The notes beneath the pieces are model-generated. The model searched no databases. It was not told the DNA's origin and saw only the letters and a list, made by a program, of their open reading frames with translations. Both the position numbers and the translations under genes were made by a program. A stretch of DNA of 64,000 bases from Octopus sinensis (lineage: Eukaryota): the NCBI RefSeq assembly GCF_006345805.1, contig NC_043009.1, positions 56,730,001 to 56,794,000 on the forward strand, in the 5' to 3' direction. How positions within the stretch are numbered: position 1 is the stretch's first letter; every line of letters begins with the position of its first letter. This document shows positions 55,427 to 64,000 of this stretch, piece by piece.

Positions 55427-57955
55427 CAGGCATACCTCGGCTTATGTCGTTTCGATTAAAGTCGTTCTCGATTATACGTCGGTTTTCAAAAATAATATAT
55501 GGAAAAATAAAAGTCAAGTTAAGTCATTTTACTCGACTTTGCGTTTGTCCGCCACAAATATTGGAATCGTAAAATCACTAGAAAACCGTTAAAAGCACAT
55601 AAAATCATGTTACTGTACAATGAATAAGAATAAAAACATATAAAATCATATTAAAATACGTACAGTAAATGTTAAGATGCACACCATAAAGTAGTGTAGC
55701 TTAGTGAGCGAAATCATGAAATCAGCTGTGTTGTCTTATTTATCGGTCTCTCAGATCTCATATTGCACTGTAGTTCCAATATCTACCATTAGGCGTCGTT
55801 GTCACTCGTGATTCACGCTATTTTTTTTTTATTCAGATTTGTTTACGTCTGTTTATCGGCTACTTTCTCATTCTCATTCATTTGTGACTTTATTTTTTTT
55901 ACCCCTGGTTCCTAAGAAAATTCATAGTGAAAGTGCTAAGCGCATTGCTATAACGCTGGAAGATAAACTGGCTATGGTAAAATGCCATGAAAAAGGTGAA
56001 AAAGTGGTAGCAATTGCACGAACTTTTGGGATGAGTCTGATAACTGTAATGAAGATTGTACATAATAAGGACAGGATTTTAGCACATATAAAATCTGAAG
56101 CCCCAGGGATGAAGAATACTGTCATCAATAAGAAAAGAGGCAAAACCTTTCAAGAAATGGAAAGTCTTCTTTCCCTTTGGATTGTTAGGGTTAGGGTTAT
56201 AGTCAAGAAATCATTCAAGAGAAAGCGTTGTCTGTTTGAGAACCTGAAGAAAAAATATCCAGATGGGAAAGATGTAGAGTTCAAGGCAAGTCAAGGATGG
56301 TTTATGAGATTTAAGGAGCGAAGAAGTTATCATTCCATTAAGAAGCAAAGTGAAAGTGCATCAGCTGACGAACAAACAGCAGCAGAATTTCATAATGCAT
56401 TAAAGAAAATCATCGAAGAAAACGGGTTTCTTCCCGAACAGATTTTTAACGTAGATGAAACTGGATTGTGTTGGGAAAAGTTGCCAGACCGTTCAGTTAT
56501 TTACAAGGAGGAGAAAACTATTCCAGACTACAAGGTCTGGGAGGTAATTGTGCGGAAGATTTTAAGCTAAAGCCATTGCTTGTGTATCATGCACACAACC
56601 CCCGTGCCCTGAAGAACATACCCACAGCATCTCTCCCTGTTATATGGATGGCTAATTCAAAAGCATGAGTTACTATTCTTGTTTTTGAAGATTTTTTCTT
56701 CAATCATTTTATCCCAGCAGCAGAGAAGTAATACTATAAGGAGAAGGAGATTCCTTTTAAGGTTTTACTTAGCTTAGATAATGCTCCTGCCTACCCGCTA
56801 AACATCGTAGATTTTTGACCCCAACATTGCCGTTGTATACTTCCCTCCGAATACTATGCAGCCAATGGACCAAGAAATGATTGCTATCTTCAAGCGTTAC
56901 TATCTGAAGCGTACGCTGCGGCAAACTATAACTGCAACTGATCTTGATGAGTCCATCAAACTTTGTGATTTTTGGAAGAAATACGATATCTAAAGGCTGT
57001 ACACAACATAGCAGCGACATGGAATGATGTACAAAGCATTACTATGAATGGTGTATGGAAGAAGCTATTCCCGCAATTCGTGAATGATTTTAAGCGGTTT
57101 AATATAATGTTGCCATCAACAAAACGTTGGTGACTGCGATGAAAGAACTGGAAATGGATTTTGGAGGAGGAGTTTTTCACAGATTTTTTGAAAAAGACAA
57201 GTAGCCCCTGACGAACGAGGATTTGATAGAGCTTCACCAGCAGCAAAATAAAGGAGTCGAACCTGAGCCATATATCGAAAAAGGTCTTTTTATGTTCGAG
57301 GATATTGATCCAAATGCTTAACTGTTTTCCAAGATTATGAGGGAGCTTGTCACAAAACTTTTGCTCCTTATAATGCAATCCTAGAGGAAAAGTAGAAGAC
57401 AGTTCAAGGAAATCTCAACCGGTTTTTTAAGCGCATCGAACAACAGTAGCCAGAGCCAGCTGTTGATATTGACGATCCACAGCCATCTACATCCGCGATG
57501 TATACCACCAAACTATATGTAAGTATTGGTAAATTTAAAATAATTTAGTGTTTTTTTTACAATTGCAAAATAATAATAATTACTGAATAATAATTATTGA
57601 AATTATTGTTTAAATAGGCTTTTATTTTACCATGTCCTATTGTAAACCGCATTCATAAATAAAGCGTCCGCGATGTACAGTAAACACTGCCAAATTGTAT
57701 TCGTAAATTTTAGATTACTTTTTTTTTTTACTGTATTAAAAAATAAAAATTATTTGTTTGTAAGCTTAAAATAGGTTTTTATTAACCATGTATTACTGGA
57801 AATGCATTCATAAATAAAGCACAGAACTGGGAGTGGTTATTATCGGTTTAGCCTAGAGACAAGTAAATTCGGCCTAGCCTAGCCTAGAGGCAAGTTAATT
57901 CGACTTAAGTCGTGTCACCTGAAACCAATTAACGACGTAGGGTGAGGTATGCCTG
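55427..57955 (+). mobile_element. Complete but degenerate Tigger/pogo transposon
   Basis: TA-caggcatacctc / gaggtatgcctg-TA. CENP-B-type HTH ORF 55839-56570 (FKASQGWF, IFNVDETGL), then frameshifted DNAPA and QPMDQ pieces. Confidence 0.92.
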
Positions 57956-58199
57956 TATACTGAGTAAGTATTCCTTACACTTCAATAGGTGTGTGTATGT
58001 GTGTGTCTGTACAATTATATTCTCCTTGATTAAATATATAGTGTAAGTATTCCTCACACTACAATTTATGTGTGTGTGTATTAAATTGTAAGGAATACTT
58101 CCTTAATAAACATACAATTTTATTTTCCCTGAATAAAGTAAACAAAGTAGTTACACTACAGGTTTCATCTGCAGGTAAGCAGAAAATGTGAGATCGATT

Positions 58200-58831
58200 T
58201 GTCTAGTTTCTGCCAGTGTCAACGGTGGATCCAGAAATTCTGAACCGGAAACTACAACTTAGAAGACGAGCCTCGTCTAGGAATATCTGTAAAGCTCGAC
58301 GAGGAATTTCTGCAAACCCTGGTGGGACAAAAATATCCCATCGTAACTGTTGAGTAACTTGCAGAGAAGTTTGGATTTGGTCATTCAACAATTCATAAAC
58401 ACCTGCGCTAGAGGCAGAACGATCATCTTTGGTTTCAAGACGAAGGTCTTCTTTCATTAGGATAATGCTCAGCTACATACAGCGAAGATGACATTCCAAA
58501 GGCTGGAGCAGTATGAATGGGAAACGATGCCTCACCCACCATATTCGCTGAACATTCCCCCATCTGATTATCATTCTACAAACTCAGTCTTCAAAATCAT
58601 TTGGAGGGAAAAAATATGAATCCCGTAGACGAGGTTAGAACAGTAGTGGAAGACTATTTTTCGTCACGGACAAGTGAATTTTGGAAGAGGGGCCCTCAAA
58701 GTCTACTAGACAGATGAAAGAACATTGTAGAAAACGAAGGAGAGTATATTTTAGATTAAAAAAGAACTTTATCTTAATTTTGAAAAATAAAAGAAGTATC
58801 AAGAAAACCCATTATTTATGGGATGACCCAA
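58200..58831 (+). mobile_element. Internally deleted mariner
   Basis: GNYNLEDEPR-like, FH*DNAQLHT and PHPPYS motifs. Right TIR attatttatgggatgacccaa-TA. Confidence 0.8.
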
Positions 58832-58864
58832 TATATTGATATCTGTTTCAATATATAAAGCATA

Positions 58865-59090
58865 TAAGGCGGTGAGCTGGCAGAATCGTTAGCACGCCGA
58901 GCGAAATGCTTAGCAGTATTTCGTCTGCTGCTACGTTCTGAGTTCAAATTCCGCCGAGGTCGAGTTTGCCTTTCATCCTTTCGGGGTCGATTAAATAAGT
59001 ACCAGTTACGCACTGGGATCAATGTAATCGACTTAATCCCTTTGTTTGTCCTCTCTATGCTTGGACCCCTGTGGGCAATAAAGAAACAAA
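58865..59090 (+). mobile_element. SINE family A, same tail type as 399-1194
   Basis: Full head and core; tail cccctgtgggcaataaagaaa. Confidence 0.9.
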
Positions 59091-59948
59091 TATGTATCAT
59101 CTTTATCGTTTCCAAAGTTGTTAAGTGCAGGTGGCAAACGTACCAACAGTAAGCATTAATCCTAAACCATTTCATTTTTAGGAAACGCATATCTAAATCA
59201 ACTCCGTTGAACATTTTTTTTGTCACCATGAATTATTGAGATAGTGTCTCTTTCCAATTTTTTTTTCTTTAACTTTTTTTTCACATTTAATATTTTGATG
59301 AGAAAATATAGCTGCCGTTCAAAGAACAAGTATGGAACATGTTGTAAAACAAATCCCCGATTAACACGCCTTTGAATATCACAGTGCTCAAAATAACACG
59401 GTTTATAAATTAGCACCTAACGCTGGAAAACTTCGATTAGCATATATTTTCAAGAGTTGTGTGGAAAATTCTTTTGTGTCTTGAAACTTTCTCTTACGTC
59501 GAATTACATTATGTTTTATAAGTGTAGTGTCAATGTCAGTCATATGTTTTATAGTGATCACATAACTCTACTCTACCAACATAAAATACGTAATATAGCC
59601 TCAATAACTATGGATAAAATGAAGACAAACTAGAAAAGTTCTGGTGTTAAGAGGAGGAAAATGTTAAATGCAGATGATAAATTGGAAGTTATAAAACGAT
59701 ATGAACATGACGACAGCAAACCTAAAGCGGTAGATTTGACAATGACTGACTGAAGCAACTGAAACAATTTAAAAAAAAGAAGTATTGTTTACTATAAGAA
59801 AAAACTGTAAACCTAGAATCACTTGAGATATGCACTTGACCTTTAGATCGTAAAAAAATATAGAATAAGGAAACTATCTATTGACCTTGAGGAAAAAACT
59901 TACAAATGCATTAACCAAAATACACTTTCATCTTTATACAGATTATTG

Positions 59949-62282
59949 CACTGGACAACAAAAAAGATTTATTGTCTGCTACCAAGACGAATGGTGCTGT
60001 GCTAAACTAAATCGAGTACGCTGATTCCGAATCTGAACTCAGAATTGCTATAGGGCGTCAGGATTTTCAAGGAATAGTTAAGTTCAAGGTAAATAATTAT
60101 CATAATAGTATATAAGTACCGTATATAGTAAATTTATGTTCAAGACAAATAATATTATAATATAAAAGTACATAGTACATTTATGTTAAGGGAACGTTCA
60201 CTCTATTTTTGATAAACCCAGCTCAGAAATATTTGAGACACTTGCTCTTGCGCTTATGCATCTTGCTGGTTTCCCATTGTAGGAACCAGCGGTAGTCGCC
60301 CATTATGCGTGGATTGAACCAGCCTTGATACCTCGTTTCCATCTCAGGTATGTCCAGGTGGAACCTCTCATCATGTTCATCACTATGCAAGAAATGCATT
60401 TTAATGAGACATTCGGCATCCCATTCTTTCACACGCTGTTAACATGATGTTTATTAAATCAGCATAGTTTTCAACCCTATGATTTCCAAGAAATTTCCGT
60501 ACAACTAATACAAATGAATTCCATGCCGTCAGCTCAACTGGATTCAGTTTACCTCTGAATTTGCTATCAGATATCAATTCTTTGATCTCGGGTCCAATGA
60601 AAATGCATGCCTTAAGTTTTGCGTCACTTTTCGCTGCACCAAAATTTTACTTTTAGGTACTGGAAGTCACAACCATCGTGTGTTATTAATTATTTTTACA
60701 AAGTTTTTATGAGGCCGAGTTTGATGTAAATGGGTAGAAGGAAGATCTGCGGGTCTATCAGTGGCATATACTACACATTGTACCTACCAACTATCTCTTT
60801 TAGGCTCATCTCTTTTAGGCCAGTCTTTTACAATGTAATGATTGCTGCCGTCGCAGCTGTTCCAAGCACACAAGAAGCACATATTTTTGGTATATCCCAG
60901 CTGCAGTCCGAGAAGGAGGGAAATCACCTTTAAATCACTTCAAATATTCCACTTATGAACTGAGTAATTAACTCCTTTCAGAATGAGTTCCATCGATTCA
61001 TAAGTTTCTTCTATACCGACTTGACCCACAGGAATGAAAGGTTTTTCATTATCATTATGTAGCAACACAGCTTTGTGGCTAACTTTACTCAAGTCTATAA
61101 ACAATCTCCATTCGTTAGCCACATGCACGTGTCCTAGTTTTTGCATGAGTGCATTAGCGTCAGTACAGAAAAAAACATTATTTTCTTGCTTGAAAAAGAC
61201 AGATAAGCCTTTATAGTGAGAACGGAAAATGGAAATTTTCGTACCTTACTGTTGGAAATTCCGTTGTTGTAGTTTGGATCCCCAAACTTCTGCCCTCTCC
61301 TTTGACAATGGTAGTTCTCTTGCTAAATCGTTCAAATCTTCTTGATTAAACGAGCCTGGCTCATTTTTCTTAGAATCATCTACGTATTCTTTGTCGATAG
61401 GAGAACCAGGGGGTTCATCATGCGACGTGTCAAGGTTTTCAAGTGAAGCATGTGAGAGGAGAGCTGGGACAGGGTTCTCGAAGGCATGTGGGATCGGATT
61501 TAGAGCCGACTTACAACCTACATACACAATTTTTGCTTTGGTTTTTGGTTTTCTTTGAGAAACCACTAATATTAGTCATGCAAAAGTAACAATCAGAGAC
61601 ATGATTGGTTGGCTCACGCCATACCATTGGTAGAGCAAAAGGCACTCTCTTCAATTTTCCATTCAGCCTCTGTGTAAGCCCTGATTAACACACGGTGCAG
61701 CATATATGAGGTGCCCACCTCTTGTCTTGGTCCCCAACTTTACACCCGAAGTAATATTTATAGACAGTTTTTAATTTGGTGGCTATGTTCTTCCACTGGT
61801 CACGCGGAGCAAACTTTCCACAGACATAACAAAAGTTGTCTGAGTGATTCACATAGCCAGTCCTATTCATGATGTAACACAATGAACACAGGTAAAACAG
61901 TAATCACGCAGTGCGAGAAATACACATACTACACGTGACGGCAGCGCAAACGACACTGAGAGTTACCCAGAACAAACTGACGTATTTGGCATTGCGCACA
62001 ATACATCAGCACCATCTATTGCTAAACTAAATAATGAACTTTCTCATCATTTGTTTTATTGCTGCTATTTCTTTAATTTTGAATTAAGATCGCTTTCATT
62101 TTAGCAAATTTTATAACACGGCCTATATATAGCCGAAAATAAAGTTATAATTTTGCGCACGCGCATAACTCAAAATCCTAACGTGCTAAGAACAATTCTG
62201 AGTGCGGATTCGGAATCAGCACCTTCAATTTAGTCTAAATCACCTGCTTTTACCCCAGTTGCAGAATCTTTGTTGTCCAGTG
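59949..62282 (-). mobile_element. Chapaev3-like (CMC) DNA transposon, degenerate transposase
   Basis: ~120-bp imperfect TIRs starting cactggacaacaaa; 3-bp flanks ttg/tta. Motifs FCYVCG..YFGCKVGDQDKRWAPHICC, WRLFIDLSKVS.KAVLLHN and KMHFLHS DEHDERFH. Superfamily assignment from memory. Confidence 0.65.
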
Positions 62283-62605
62283 TTATTAAAGCAATTTGGT
62301 GTGTACAAGCACACACTTGGAACAAAATACAGCCGAAATAGGTTTCTTGCAGAAGGAACGTAGTTTCATTATTCGTTCACTACAAATTATGCCCATATCT
62401 GGAAAAGTAACCATCTACAAGACTTTGAAAGGTAAATGGTGGTACACAGGACGTTCAAGGACATAAAGCAATGTAGCATAGTATTTCTATCTTCATCCTT
62501 TTCTTACAAACTCACGATAGAGTTGGGTGGGATGCAGACATAAAATCCAATTAAGGAACGAAAAGGTTTATGGGTACGCGTGTTGACTTTTATGAATGCA
62601 CAGAT

Positions 62606-62655
<50 letters not shown>

Positions 62656-62823
62656 CGTGTGTGTACGTGTGTGTACGTGCGTGTGTGGGTTTACGTGTGT
62701 GGGGGTGTACGTGTATGTGTGTGTGTGTATAAAGCAATGTGCGCGCGAAGATATATGAGTGTATATGAGGGCATATGTATTTGTGTGTGTGTGTGTGAGT
62801 GAAATTGTGTGTAAGTGTATGTA

Positions 62824-62872
<49 letters not shown>

Positions 62873-63679
62873 CTTATGCATTTTTTAATAAAAAATGAGA
62901 ACATTACTCCATTACAAAAAAACTGTATTCATCAGATGAAACATAATTTTACAAATAAATGAATACCCGAAGAATGCAGCAGGGACATGGCTAAAATCTG
63001 CCGAGACTAACCATGAAATGGGAGAATGATCGACAAAACAGCCTTCTTTTCAACCACATCTAATGTTAGATAGTCATTCTTTAATATTGACATAATTCAA
63101 GTTAACATAATTTCTCTATAATCCAATTGTCTACACACTTTAATAAATATCCATATGCCGCGTTACGGAAAAAAACAAATACATACACTGGACTGAAACC
63201 GATCGAATTCTTCTAAATGTTGCTACTCACATCTTTGTTTTTGCTTGAATTTGGCAAATTCATAAATGCATACTTTTGAAATTTAGTTGAAATTAATTTG
63301 CCTTGCCCGGTTTGTTATGCATTATAGAATCTCATAAAAAATTTTCAAACCTTCTTCTTAATAAACAAGCTCTCTTGATTTCAAGTTGTATGAAACAGAC
63401 CTATGACAGATTAAGATCCCTACAGAGTGCGTGAATGTGTGCGTGTGTGTATGTGCGTGTGTGTGTATGTGCGTGTGTGTGCTATTCTGCCTGAAGGCTG
63501 TAGGTGTATAGCGTGGAGAATCTTAAGTAGTTTATATACTGACAACAAAAGAAACTTTCTACCAGAATACTGTATCATACACACACACACACGCACACAC
63601 ACACAGATATACAATTGGATGTACATGCAGATGTACATATATGTGTGTGTGTATACAAATATATATATAAGTATATGTG

Positions 63680-63760
<81 letters not shown>

Positions 63761-63764
63761 GTAG

Positions 63765-63950
63765 TGAGAATTTACAAAAAACAAAAGATGAAGACGGGTG
63801 TGTAAACAACAGACAGATGTATTAGTTTAACGCTCGGAAAGTGAGAAAGTCTTTTACATTTCGAGCCTACGCTCTTCGATAGAAAGGAACACAGAAATAA
63901 ACAGGGAGAGAAAATAAAAAAAGGTTTAGTAGCTAGCGATCTATCATGGC
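63765..63950 (-). repeat. Penelope-like terminal-repeat fragment with decayed hammerhead (63851-63886)
   Basis: Minus strand CUUU-cuaucga-A-GAGC gtag GCUC-GAAA-UG-UA-AAAG. Confidence 0.55.
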
Positions 63951-64000
63951 GAATGTACACACACAGGCACACACACACACACCACACACACACACACACC

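Overview
AT-rich, microsatellite-dense eukaryotic DNA with no recognisable host gene. The repeat families look like an octopod cephalopod (Octopus-like); this is recalled from memory, not verified. The window is a layered transposon graveyard: three tRNA-derived SINE families, R4/Dong-like, Tx1-like, RTE and CR1 LINE fragments, three mariners, Tc1, maT, Tigger, hAT and Chapaev3-like DNA transposons, plus probable assembly duplications. The best unexplained signal is a set of type I hammerhead ribozyme (HHR) motifs with palindromic stem III, in four sequence-unrelated non-coding repeats: (1) an intact core at 8833-8894 (-) in a tandem/inverted Penelope-like unit; (2) one at 35594-35638 (+) capping a long rod-like stem; (3) one at 50628-50671 (+) downstream of a tRNA-like Pol III head, i.e. 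a candidate ribozyme-bearing SINE; (4) a decayed one at 63851-63886 (-). A related 520-bp palindrome with flip/flop tips lies at 26331-26851. All structures were folded by eye and no searches were run.
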